Shown here piece by piece: positions 37,257 to 47,137 of a stretch of 64,000 bases of DNA; positions within the stretch are counted from its first letter, which is position 1, and every line of letters starts with the position of its first letter. Source of the stretch: a candidate division WOR-3 bacterium. Lineage in GTDB: Bacteria; Hydrothermota; Tepidihabitantia; Tepidihabitantales; Tepidihabitantaceae. The notes under the pieces are model-generated. The model searched no databases and was not told where the DNA came from. It saw nothing but the letters and a program-made list of their open reading frames with translations. Made by a program: the position numbers and the translations under genes. The stretch is taken from positions 1 through 64,000 of the forward strand of contig CBFGIT010000011.1 of assembly GCA_965648905.1 (NCBI GenBank), read 5' to 3'.

Positions 37257-38567
37257 GTGAAGTACTGCGTGCTGATGCTGTTTGTTCTGAGCTTGGCTGC
37301 GTCCCCGGCCCCAGGCCAGTGGTTCGAAACGACCGTTCCGGCCGACAGTTGGCCGTTCGCCCTCTGCCACAACCCGCAAGACGACAGAGTCTACTGCGCC
37401 AACTGGGGTGGCGGCAATGTCACGGTGATTGATGGAGCGACCAATGCCGTGGTAACGACCGTTGCCACCGGCGCTCAGGCGCGTGCCGTCATCTACAGCC
37501 CGACAAACAACAAAGTCCTCTGCCTCAATGAGGAGGCAAGGAACCTGAGCGTGATTGACGGCGAGACCAACGTCGTCGTTGCCAGCGAGAGCCTGGGCAT
37601 GAGGCCGTGGGACGGTGTTCGCTGCCCGGCAAACGACCGGCTCTATGTCATTGGCCGCAACCCGAACCGAATCGCTGTAGTGAATTGCCAGACTTACACG
37701 GTTGAGACGAGCATCACGCTCGCGCAGGGACCCTATGGCATCTGCTACGACTCAACCGACAACCGGGTCTATGTCGCCACGCGGGACGACAGCACGGTTA
37801 CTGCTATCGACTGCGCAACCAACACGGTCATCGCCACAGTGAGGGTCGGACCAGCGCCGAACAGACTCTGCTGGAACTCGCGCGAGAACCGGGTCTACAC
37901 CGCAACGGCCGAAGCGCTCGACTCGACGGTCTCGGTGATCGACTGTGCCTCCAACTCCGTGGTCGCCACGCTCAAGCCATGTCGGTACCCGCACCGCGTG
38001 ACCTACGACCCGGTGCAGAGCCGGGTCTATGTCAGCAGCTTCTCCGACAGCCGGGTGGTGGTGATTGACGGCGCAACGAACCAGGTCATCGCGGCGGTAC
38101 CGGTTCCCGGTCTGCCTGAAGGCGGCTGTGCCGTACCCGAACTCGGCTACGTGTTCATCGCCGTGCGCAGCGACTCCGTGCTTGCATTTGATGTCGCCAC
38201 GGCCAGCATCGCTGCCCGGGTCGGGGTCGGACGCGGCCCCTCGTCGCTCGTCTACAATCCGATTGACAACCGCGTCTACACGACCGACTTCTACGGCGCG
38301 ACTGTGTCTATCCTCCGGGCCTCAGGCGGTGTTGAGGAAACGCCGAAGGCCGAGAGCCGAATGTCGAGCCGCAGTCCTGCCATCGTCCGCAGTGTTCTCC
38401 ATCTGCAATCTGAGGTCGCATTGCTGGATGTCAACGGCCGCAAGGTCCTCGACCTGCGCCCCGGCCCGAACGACGTTTCGTGTCTCGCGCCCGGGGTCTA
38501 CTTCATACGGCATACCACGACAAGAGCTCGAGCCCAAGCTGTGAGCAAAACAGTCATAGCGAGGTAA
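37257..38567 (+). CDS. Secreted YncE/YVTN beta-propeller protein with T9SS-like tail
   Basis: Signal peptide, repeated (N/D)RVY.....V.VID..TN.V.AT units; AAAGGA RBS before GTG. Confidence 0.85.
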   Translation: MKYCVLMLFVLSLAASPAPGQWFETTVPADSWPFALCHNPQDDRVYCANWGGGNVTVIDGATNAVVTTVATGAQARAVIYSPTNNKVLCLNEEARNLSVIDGETNVVVASESLGMRPWDGVRCPANDRLYVIGRNPNRIAVVNCQTYTVETSITLAQGPYGICYDSTDNRVYVATRDDSTVTAIDCATNTVIATVRVGPAPNRLCWNSRENRVYTATAEALDSTVSVIDCASNSVVATLKPCRYPHRVTYDPVQSRVYVSSFSDSRVVVIDGATNQVIAAVPVPGLPEGGCAVPELGYVFIAVRSDSVLAFDVATASIAARVGVGRGPSSLVYNPIDNRVYTTDFYGATVSILRASGGVEETPKAESRMSSRSPAIVRSVLHLQSEVALLDVNGRKVLDLRPGPNDVSCLAPGVYFIRHTTTRARAQAVSKTVIAR

Positions 38568-38573
38568 GAGAGC

Positions 38574-39797
38574 GTGAAGCGGCCCGCGACCGCCATGTTC
38601 TGCCTGTTCGTCGCCTCGGCTGCGGCCGCGCCTGGCTGGCACCAGGTCAGCTTCCCTTTCCAGGTCAATACGGTCGCGGTGGCGAGTGACAGCGAGGCGT
38701 GGGCCGCAGGCACAGCCGCAAGCTACCTTTCCGGCTTCTTCCATTGGGACGGAGGCAACTGGACGCTCGCTGACACGTTCCGCAACCAACTGGTCTACGA
38801 CATCTGCTATGCTGGCTCCGATGTATGGGCCGTGGGTGAGCAGTTCAACTTCCCGGACGGGTGCGTGTATCGATGGAACGGCGAGCACTGGCAGCAGCAG
38901 GCCGACCCGTACGACCGCGCCCTGCAGGCGGTTGCGTTTTCCGACTCCGCGCACGGATACGCGGCGGGTGCCGCGCCGGTCACGCAACACCCGGTGGTGA
39001 AGTACGCCGACGGTGAATGGCGTCTGGACTCCGCGCTGACCACGCGGAGAATCATCTGCGGCCTTGCCTCGCCGTGGTACGGCAAGTGCTACGCGGTCGG
39101 TGACTCAGGCGCGATATTCCTCTATGACTACGGCACGTGGAAGCAGAAGACAAGCCCCACGACCCGTGTCCTGCGCCGAGTGGCGATGTGCTCGAACACC
39201 GAAGGCTGGGCCGTCGGCGACGGCGGCACCATCCTGCGCTGCTTCAAGGATTCCTGGACCCTCACGCCGTCGCCTACCACGCGCAACCTCCGCGGCCTTG
39301 CCATCGCCGGCACCGGCGACGAAGCGTGGGCGGTCGGCGACTCGGGCACGATTCTCCACTGCGTTCAGGACTCGTGGCGGCTCGACCCGTTCGTACCGGA
39401 CCCGACCGACGCGACGCTCTACACGGCTTCGTTCAACTCCGGTACCCACGGCTGGGCCTTCGGGTACAAGACCTTTGGCGCGCGCGTCGCGCTCCACTAC
39501 TACGACCCGCTCGGAACCGAAGAAGCGCCAGACGCCGAGCACCGTACTGTCCGACTGGGGACATTGGGGCCGACGCCGAACCGCGGCGCCACCATCGTCC
39601 ACGGCATGCTCAATCTGCAATCTGCAACCTGCAGTCTGCACTCTGAAGTGGTTCTGCTCGACATCTCTGGTCGTAAAGTGCTGGACCTTGAGCCCGGCCC
39701 GAACGACGTCTCCCACCTTACGCCCGGGGTGTACTTCCTGCGGTCAACTAGTGCCGGACAGCGGTCAGCGGTCGCCAAGGTCGTGCTCCAGCGTTAG
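38574..39797 (+). CDS. Secreted YCF48/BNR-like beta-propeller protein with T9SS-like tail
   Basis: Repeated WAVGD.GTIL and SPTTR.LR units. Confidence 0.8.
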   Translation: MKRPATAMFCLFVASAAAAPGWHQVSFPFQVNTVAVASDSEAWAAGTAASYLSGFFHWDGGNWTLADTFRNQLVYDICYAGSDVWAVGEQFNFPDGCVYRWNGEHWQQQADPYDRALQAVAFSDSAHGYAAGAAPVTQHPVVKYADGEWRLDSALTTRRIICGLASPWYGKCYAVGDSGAIFLYDYGTWKQKTSPTTRVLRRVAMCSNTEGWAVGDGGTILRCFKDSWTLTPSPTTRNLRGLAIAGTGDEAWAVGDSGTILHCVQDSWRLDPFVPDPTDATLYTASFNSGTHGWAFGYKTFGARVALHYYDPLGTEEAPDAEHRTVRLGTLGPTPNRGATIVHGMLNLQSATCSLHSEVVLLDISGRKVLDLEPGPNDVSHLTPGVYFLRSTSAGQRSAVAKVVLQR

Positions 39798-39898
39798 CGC
39801 CGAGGACCGACCGGCTGAACGATTGTTGTCTGGTTTTCACTGCTCATACCATCGGCTGGGACGTAAGCAGCATTCAGCTCCAAAGCTAAAGCCGGACA

Positions 39899-40146
39899 GC
39901 ACGCCGAGGCAGTCGCCGGCCTGACCGCACAGCCCCCGGGCAGACCAACTGCCTGATTGTCGGCCCGTGTCTCCGCTTGAGCGTGCGTCCGCGGCAGCGC
40001 ACAAGACCTGACCTGAAGCAGCACTCCCGGTAACGCCCGAAGAGACGTCTGCGGCATTGCGCGCGGCACGACGTCAGGCAGAAACACAACAGACGTGCCT
40101 TTGGTTGCAACACTCAAGGCATGTGCACAGAGCATATGGGAGACCG
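39899..40146. repeat. Degenerate 12-bp-period tandem tract D ending in GGGAGACCG
   Basis: From 39983: gtgcgtccgcgg cagcgcacaaga cctgacctgaag cagcactcccgg taacgcccgaag agacgtctgcgg cattgcgcgcgg cacgacgtcagg. Confidence 0.65.
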
Positions 40147-40171
40147 GGGAGGACTTGACATTGCCGGCACT

Positions 40172-40198
40172 GTAACATCATCACCGGCAAGAACTTAG
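40172..40198. promoter_or_regulatory. 27-bp TAA-N19-TTA IHF-like site bounding tract D
   Basis: GTAACATCATCACCGGCAAGAACTTAG, 25 nt from GGGAGACCG. Confidence 0.6.
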
Positions 40199-40441
40199 AC
40201 CAATTCCGACCCCATCGGCCAAGTATAAGGAGTGCCATAATCATGAATCGTGCAGGCCGTCGCCTTCGCGAAACCCTTGCTGCTCGCAACTGGCCATTGG
40301 CACCTGGCCATTGGGCATTCCCGACACAAGCGGGCCGCAGATTGCCTCGGACATCAAGTACCGGCCTGCCCCAAAATTGACAGACGCCTGTGTCCGGGTG
40401 TAACATGGTGTCGGTCCATGACGGCACAAGAGGAGGCCAAA

Positions 40442-43138
40442 ATGTATCGAGCCGCTGTGTTCGCAACAATCGTAGTGCTGTCCGCTTTCCTGCCGCTTGA
40501 GGCAGCAGAGCCGGCTTACGGGCCGAGCCGAAGGGGAAGCGTCTGTCAGTTGTTGAAGCAACGCCTGCCCCCCTGGTATCCTGCCTGGCCAAGCGAGGCA
40601 ACCGGTCGAGCACGTCCGCGGTCAGGCCCGAAGGCAGAGCCGGCAGGCCGGTTCGGCGATGCGTTCATGATTGACACCGGACTGGTGCTCGGCCCGGCGA
40701 TGGGCAGCCAGCATTCGTACGGCGTAGCATCGAACGGTGAGGGTTGGTTGGTAATGTGGAATGATACCAGGGACTATTCCATGCGGACCGCACGCGTCGG
40801 GCCAGACTGCTCGCTGCGTGACACGAACGGAGTCATCATCGGCCATTCCCAGTCGTACACAACCGGCATTACCCGGGCTTTGGCCGGGACCGGGCCCGGT
40901 TTCATTGCGGTCTGGGTTGGCGGCGACCCATGGATGGGTGATGTCTGGGCCGCGCGGCTCGACTCAACCGGCAGACCGATTGATTCCTTCCTTGTCTATG
41001 AGGCAGACTTCAGGCAGCAGCAGGCAGCACTTGCTTTTGACGGCGACTCGGTCTGTCTGGTGGTCTGGTCCGCAGACGCGGGCGAGTATCTGTCCAATAT
41101 CTATGCCGCGCGGGTGACAACGAGCGGCCGCGTGCTCGACCCGGAGCCGTTCCCGGTGGCGCAGCAGCCCGACCTGGACGAATCCGGCCCTGCAGTCGCG
41201 TACGGCAACGGGGTATTTCTTGTGGCGTGGCAGCAGTTCGACACGGTCAACTACGAGGCTCATGTCAAGGCAATCCGGGTCTCGCGCTCCGGCACTCTGC
41301 TCGACACTGCCTTCTTCCTGCATCGCGACCCTGGGATGATGCAGGCCTACCCGGCCCTCGCCTTCGGCGACACCTGTTTCCTTGCGACCTGGGCCGAGGG
41401 TTGGGATGAGCCGGACGTGTACGCGGCCCGGGTCACTGGGTCCGGCCGCATACTTGACCCGGAAGGCGTGCGGCTGAGCAACACCACCAACTACGACCTG
41501 TTCCCGTCCGCAGCCTTCGACGGCAACCGTTACCTTGTCGCCTGGACCGAGCTGGACTGGACCAGCGACCAGGTCGAGCTGCGCGCTCGGCGTGTGACCA
41601 CAGCCGGTGTACCCCTTGACTCCGGACTCATCCGGGTGTCAGTCGGCGGCCGCATGTGTTTCTTCCCCAGCGTGGCTGCGGACCGTGCGAACTACCTTAT
41701 CGGTTTCGACACTGAGGACACGCTGACCGGTGACGGTGACGTCTGCTGTGCGCGCATCAACTTCTCCGGCGTGGTCCTTGACACCGGCCTGCTCCTGCCC
41801 CTGGGCGGACAGGAGCAGTTCGGCCCGCGTGGAGCTTTTGACGGCGAGAACTTCCTCGCGGCGTGGCTGGAGTCGAGCAAAGACGGCTATCGGATTGAAG
41901 GCGCCCGGGTGCGTCCGGACCGCACGGTGCTTGACCCAACCGGGTTTGCGGTCTGCGATGCGGCCGGATACAAGTACAGTCTCGCGGCCGGGACTGCGGA
42001 CTCACTCATGCTCGTCGCGTGGGCCGACCAGCGGAATGGCGAAGACGACATCTACTGCGCCCGGGTGACGCGCGACGGCAGGTCGCTTGACCTGGACGGC
42101 ATCGTGGTCTGTGACGAAATGGGCTACGAGGGAACACCCGGCGTCGGGTCTGACGGCTCGAACTTTCTTGTCGTCTGGCAGGACTATCGGAATGGGTGGG
42201 ACTACGACATCTACGCGGCCCGGATCAGACCTGATGGAACCGTACTCGACCCGGACGGGTTCGCGGTCACGGCCGACACCAACAACGCAACCAATCCGGC
42301 TGTCAGCTTCACGGGCAGCAACTATTTAGTGGTCTGGGAAGAATCGAATCAGACAACCTGGGAAACGGATATCTACGGTGCGCTTGTCAGCCCGGCCGGG
42401 ACGATTACCAGACCGCGATTCCCTGTTAGCGTCGGAAACGGTGACCGGCGGATGCCGACCGTCGCCCGCGGGCCGGACAACCTGCTTGTTGCGTGGCAGG
42501 ACAGTCGCATCTCCGGCGGAAGCGACATCTACGCGACCCGGATGCGGCCCGACGGCACCGTGCTCGACCCGAACGGCCGCCGGATCGCCTGGACCAGCTA
42601 CTACGAAGAGATGCCGCGCGCGGTGTTCAGCAACGGCAACTTCCTTCTGCTCTGGCGATGCTCGGGCACGGACACCGCGTTCGTTGCCGGTGCTGAAGTG
42701 GACACGGCCGGCAACGTCGTGCGTCGGTTTGAACTTACGGACCTGCCGCCGATGTACGGGTTCGATGTGGTGGCAGGGACCGGTTCGGAACCGCTGCTCC
42801 TGTTCGACTGCTGGACCGACACCGCGTACGGCCGGACGTACGACAACCAGCGGGTCTGGGGCAGATTCGGCCCGTTCATCGGCCTGGCCGAAGCCCCTGC
42901 GCCGCACGCCATGCGTCGCCCGCCCGGCCCGACCATCCTCCGCGGTATCCTCAATCTGCAATCTGCAACTTGCAATCTGCACTCTGAAACGGTCCTGCTC
43001 GACATCTCTGGTCGGAAGGTGCTCGACCTCGCGCCCGGTCCGAACGACGTGTCGCGCCTTGCAGCCGGTGTCTATTTCCTCGACACACCGGGATCCGAAA
43101 GGCCATCACCAACTGGCAAAGTGGTAATACTAGAATGA
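40442..43138 (+). CDS. Large secreted repeat protein (P.VAFDG.N.LVVW.D.R...DIY.ARV...G.VLDP.G repeats) with T9SS-like tail
   Basis: GAGGAGG RBS, signal peptide, about 13 repeats; paralog of 44552..47131. Confidence 0.8.
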   Translation: MYRAAVFATIVVLSAFLPLEAAEPAYGPSRRGSVCQLLKQRLPPWYPAWPSEATGRARPRSGPKAEPAGRFGDAFMIDTGLVLGPAMGSQHSYGVASNGEGWLVMWNDTRDYSMRTARVGPDCSLRDTNGVIIGHSQSYTTGITRALAGTGPGFIAVWVGGDPWMGDVWAARLDSTGRPIDSFLVYEADFRQQQAALAFDGDSVCLVVWSADAGEYLSNIYAARVTTSGRVLDPEPFPVAQQPDLDESGPAVAYGNGVFLVAWQQFDTVNYEAHVKAIRVSRSGTLLDTAFFLHRDPGMMQAYPALAFGDTCFLATWAEGWDEPDVYAARVTGSGRILDPEGVRLSNTTNYDLFPSAAFDGNRYLVAWTELDWTSDQVELRARRVTTAGVPLDSGLIRVSVGGRMCFFPSVAADRANYLIGFDTEDTLTGDGDVCCARINFSGVVLDTGLLLPLGGQEQFGPRGAFDGENFLAAWLESSKDGYRIEGARVRPDRTVLDPTGFAVCDAAGYKYSLAAGTADSLMLVAWADQRNGEDDIYCARVTRDGRSLDLDGIVVCDEMGYEGTPGVGSDGSNFLVVWQDYRNGWDYDIYAARIRPDGTVLDPDGFAVTADTNNATNPAVSFTGSNYLVVWEESNQTTWETDIYGALVSPAGTITRPRFPVSVGNGDRRMPTVARGPDNLLVAWQDSRISGGSDIYATRMRPDGTVLDPNGRRIAWTSYYEEMPRAVFSNGNFLLLWRCSGTDTAFVAGAEVDTAGNVVRRFELTDLPPMYGFDVVAGTGSEPLLLFDCWTDTAYGRTYDNQRVWGRFGPFIGLAEAPAPHAMRRPPGPTILRGILNLQSATCNLHSETVLLDISGRKVLDLAPGPNDVSRLAAGVYFLDTPGSERPSPTGKVVILE

Positions 43139-43153
43139 ATTAGGGAGGAAATC

Positions 43154-44542
43154 ATGTCACGCAGGGCAGTCCCAATACTTGCTGTCCTGATCTGTAGCGG
43201 TCTTCTTGCTGAACCGCCTGATACGCTCTGGCTGCGTCTGTTCGGCGGTGAGGAAGATGAATGGGGTTGGTGGGTTGAAGAATGCCATGACGGCGGGTTT
43301 GTTCTCACCGGCTGGTCAAACTCCTATCCGCCGCGAAGCATGTGTGGTTATCTAGTCCGTACCGACAGTCTCGGTCGTGAGCTCTGGCATCGCGTCCTGA
43401 ACTTCCGCACCGGCGACATCTGTCAGACCTATTGCGTTCGCCAAACTCACGACAACGGCTACGTCGTTCTTGGGTACACCAACTATTACTCCTACGATGC
43501 CGTTCTCTGGCGCTTCGACAGTTCGGGTAACGAGCTGTGGCGGAACCACTACGGCGGTAGCAGTACCGAAGCCGACTACCTGTTGGAGGTGGCCGAGACT
43601 CCCGATAACGGCTTCATCGCCACTGGTTACCGCTATGACGGTTCAGACTACAACCTCTACCTGCTCAAGACCGACCCGGCCGGTAACGTTGACTGGGATA
43701 AGTTGTACGGCCGGCCGGCGTACTACGAGAAGGGCGAGGCGGTCATCAACACCGCTGACGGTGGCTACGCGGTTGCCGGTACTCAGAGCAGCGGCATCTG
43801 GCTCCTACGGCTGAACCAGAACGGCGACACGCTTTGGACCAGAGGTTTCGGCTCTGGCGTCTCCTTCGTCTTTTCGCTGATTGGTACTCCGGACAGCGGT
43901 TTCGTGCTTGCTGGAAGTGTCGCCCGCGGTTCCTACAGTGACGGCTACATCGTCCGCATTCGGGCCAACGGTGACACTGTCTGGACACGAAGAGTCGGCA
44001 CCTATGAATTGGACGAGAAGTTCTGTTCGGTTGCACCGACTACTGACGGAGGGTTCGTCTGCGGCGGCTGGCACTATCCCCATCCCAACGACATCAACAT
44101 CTGGCTGGTCAGATTCAACTCTGCCGGCGACACACTCTGGACCGCCAGCTACGGCACCGACTCAGGCTACGATTACTGTTACTCGGCGCAGGAAGTATCA
44201 ACGGGCGGTTACATCCTCTGCGGCCGAACCGACTGGCAGACAGCGGGCAGGTATGACATCTGTCTTCTCCGCACTGACGCCGGCGCGGGAATCGAGGAAA
44301 CGCCGAGCGCCGAAGTCCGAACGCCGAACCGCGGAGCAACCATCGTCCGCGGCGTGCTTCAGACGGCGACTTGCGAAGGGCGAACGGCGAATGGCGTTCT
44401 CGTTGATGCGATGGGCCGCAAGGTCCTCGACCTTGTGCCCGGCCCGAACGACGTCTCGCGTCTCGCGCCGGGGGTCTACTTCGTCCGTTCGTTAGTCGCC
44501 AATCGTCGATTGCCAGCATCCAAAATCATGATCGCCAAGTAG
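43154..44542 (+). CDS. Secreted beta-propeller protein (T.DGG(F/Y)...G, GDTLW repeats) with T9SS-like tail
   Basis: GGAGG RBS, signal peptide, seven repeats. Confidence 0.82.
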   Translation: MSRRAVPILAVLICSGLLAEPPDTLWLRLFGGEEDEWGWWVEECHDGGFVLTGWSNSYPPRSMCGYLVRTDSLGRELWHRVLNFRTGDICQTYCVRQTHDNGYVVLGYTNYYSYDAVLWRFDSSGNELWRNHYGGSSTEADYLLEVAETPDNGFIATGYRYDGSDYNLYLLKTDPAGNVDWDKLYGRPAYYEKGEAVINTADGGYAVAGTQSSGIWLLRLNQNGDTLWTRGFGSGVSFVFSLIGTPDSGFVLAGSVARGSYSDGYIVRIRANGDTVWTRRVGTYELDEKFCSVAPTTDGGFVCGGWHYPHPNDINIWLVRFNSAGDTLWTASYGTDSGYDYCYSAQEVSTGGYILCGRTDWQTAGRYDICLLRTDAGAGIEETPSAEVRTPNRGATIVRGVLQTATCEGRTANGVLVDAMGRKVLDLVPGPNDVSRLAPGVYFVRSLVANRRLPASKIMIAK

Positions 44543-44551
44543 GAGGCATAA

Positions 44552-47131
44552 ATGCGTTCGTCGACAATGCTCCGGGTGGTGATACTCGGTACGGCCGTTT
44601 CGGTCGCGCGCGCAGGCCCGCTTCCGCCGCCCGCTGTCCTCATCGACTCCGCGGTGGCTTTCGTCCGTTCTGACCGCGACCAGAGAAACCCGGCCGCGGC
44701 ATTCGATGGGTCGAACTGGCTGGTGGTCTGGGAAGACAAACGCGGTGACGACGAGGCGATCTGGGGTGCCAGATTCTCAGCGGCCGGAGTACTGCTTGAC
44801 TCCGCCAACATATGCATTGCCGACGACACCGAGGAACGAACTCAACCCAAGGTGGCATTCAACGGCACCTGCTTTCTCGTGGTCTGGCAGGATGGCCGCA
44901 ACCGTTCCTACGACATCTACGGTGCGAGGGTGACTCCGGCCGGGGCCTTGCTCGACCCGGATGGGTTCATGATCTCGCGGTCCGACCAATCCGATATATA
45001 CCCAACGGTCGCGAGTTCGGGGTCGGATTTCTTGGTCGCCTGGGAAGACCATCGCAACTCCGGCAATGACGAAGACATCTACGCCGCCAGAGTCATCGGG
45101 TCCGGCGTGGTACTCGACACCGTCAACATCGCGGTTTCGACCGCCCGGGCCAGACAGGAGAACGTCGTCGTGACCGGCTACAGCGGTGGCTACCTCCTGG
45201 CCTGGACGGACTTCCGGAACGAGGCGACGACGGGCGAGGACGTATATGTCGCCCGAGTCAGCTCTGCCGGCAGCGTGCTCGACCCTGACGGCATCGCGGT
45301 GTCGTGTCTGTCCCAGACTCAGCACTGCCCGCAGTCGGCCTCGGACGGCACAAACTGCCTCGTTGTCTGGGAAGACTATCGTAATGCGAGCGGCGACATC
45401 TACGGCGCGCGCGTTTCCAATGCCGGTGTGGTGCTCGACCCGTCCGGCCTGCCCATTCACGCGTCGAGTACCTTCTGGCAGGGCGACCCGTCCGTGGCTT
45501 ACACCGGAAGTCAGTTTCTTGTCGTCTGGGAAGACGATAGCGTGACCGGCGGCGGTAATTGCGACATCCTAGCCTCGCGCGTGACGACCACGGGACAGGT
45601 CCTTGACCCATCGGGCTTGGTCGTGACATCGGCGCCCGCGAACGAATACTACCCGGCCATCGTCCGGGGCGGCTCGAATCTCCTCGTCGCCTGGCAGGAC
45701 TACCGTAACGGCGAGGACCCCGATATCTACGCGACTCGCGTCAGTCTCGACGGCGCGCGGCTCGATACTGCCGACGTGATGCTCTCGCGCATCATGTATG
45801 CTTATGAGCAATTCACCCCGGCCGCTGCTTTTGATGGAGCGAACTTCCTGACGGTCTGGTCCGACCTGCGCACCTGCCAACAGCAGGTCTTCGGCGCGCG
45901 GATTACCCCCGGCGGGACACTGCTCGACCCCGGCGGTTTCTACATCGGTACCAACCCGTTCACGACGATTCCTGTGCCGGCGCTTGCTTTCGGGACGAGC
46001 AACTACTTGGTGGCGATTAACGGCGGTCTGAACAACTTCGTGGTTGAGGCCGCGCGGGTGACGCCCGCCGGCGGTGTTCTCGATACCAACTGGCTCTACA
46101 CCGCCATCTCCGGCCGGGACGGCACTCCGCCCGCGGTCGCCTCCGACGGCAGCAACTGGCTGATTGTCGCCGCCTTCAAGGACTTTGGCAACCAGTACAA
46201 CGTCCAGGGTGTGCGCATCGCGCCCTGCGGCACACGGCTGGACTCTACTCCGTTCCGCATCGCGTACGGCCCGCGCGACATGTGCTACCCAGCAGCCACG
46301 TTCGGGCTGCAGAACTATCTCGCGGTCTGGCAGGACTTCCGGAGCAGTCTGACGTACGACATCTACGGCGCGCGTATCAGCACCGATGGGGCTGTGCTCG
46401 ATTCGGGAATTGCCATCTCAACCGCAGCCACCAGCCAATACGCGCCTTCGGTTGCATTTGACGGGACCAACTGGCTGGTCACATGGCAGGACAACCGCAA
46501 TGGCGGAGAGCGCGAGCTCTTCGGCACGCGGGTCAGTCAGTCGGGCACGGTCCTTGACCCAAGCGGGATAAGGATAGGCTCATGCCCGGACAACTACGAA
46601 GACGCGGCGGCCCTTGCCTTCGACGGCACGAACTACTTCGCAGTCTGGCAGTGGCGGAACTGTGGTAACGGCGACCTGTGGGGGGCGCGCATCAGCCCGG
46701 CCGGAGTTGTGATTGACACCTTCCCGGTCTGCACCGCGCCGGAGTATCAGGCAACACCCGCGGTCGCTGTCGGCGCCGGCGGGACCAAATTCGTCTCCTA
46801 TTCCGGCTATGTTTCGACCCTGCACGGTTACCCGGCAGAGAAAATGCGCATCTGGGCCGGCATCTACCCGTTCTACGGAATCAGCGAAACGATGAACGAT
46901 GAAAGCGGAACGACGAAAGTCGGGCCAACCATCGTGCGCGGTGTGCTTCAGATGGCGACTGGCGAAGAGCGAAAAGCGAATGGCGTCCTGCTTGACGTCG
47001 CGGGCCGCACGGCGCTGGACCTGAAGCCCGGCCCGAACGACGTCTCCCATCTCACGTCGGGGGTGTACTTCGTCCGGATGGTGGACGGCGATGAACGATC
47101 GGTCAACCCCAAGGTTGTGGTCACGCAGTAG
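44552..47131 (+). CDS. Large secreted repeat protein with T9SS-like tail
   Basis: Repeated AFDG.N.LVVW.D.R..DIYGARV...G.VLD units; GGAGG RBS. Confidence 0.82.
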   Translation: MRSSTMLRVVILGTAVSVARAGPLPPPAVLIDSAVAFVRSDRDQRNPAAAFDGSNWLVVWEDKRGDDEAIWGARFSAAGVLLDSANICIADDTEERTQPKVAFNGTCFLVVWQDGRNRSYDIYGARVTPAGALLDPDGFMISRSDQSDIYPTVASSGSDFLVAWEDHRNSGNDEDIYAARVIGSGVVLDTVNIAVSTARARQENVVVTGYSGGYLLAWTDFRNEATTGEDVYVARVSSAGSVLDPDGIAVSCLSQTQHCPQSASDGTNCLVVWEDYRNASGDIYGARVSNAGVVLDPSGLPIHASSTFWQGDPSVAYTGSQFLVVWEDDSVTGGGNCDILASRVTTTGQVLDPSGLVVTSAPANEYYPAIVRGGSNLLVAWQDYRNGEDPDIYATRVSLDGARLDTADVMLSRIMYAYEQFTPAAAFDGANFLTVWSDLRTCQQQVFGARITPGGTLLDPGGFYIGTNPFTTIPVPALAFGTSNYLVAINGGLNNFVVEAARVTPAGGVLDTNWLYTAISGRDGTPPAVASDGSNWLIVAAFKDFGNQYNVQGVRIAPCGTRLDSTPFRIAYGPRDMCYPAATFGLQNYLAVWQDFRSSLTYDIYGARISTDGAVLDSGIAISTAATSQYAPSVAFDGTNWLVTWQDNRNGGERELFGTRVSQSGTVLDPSGIRIGSCPDNYEDAAALAFDGTNYFAVWQWRNCGNGDLWGARISPAGVVIDTFPVCTAPEYQATPAVAVGAGGTKFVSYSGYVSTLHGYPAEKMRIWAGIYPFYGISETMNDESGTTKVGPTIVRGVLQMATGEERKANGVLLDVAGRTALDLKPGPNDVSHLTSGVYFVRMVDGDERSVNPKVVVTQ

Positions 47132-47137
47132 CACAGC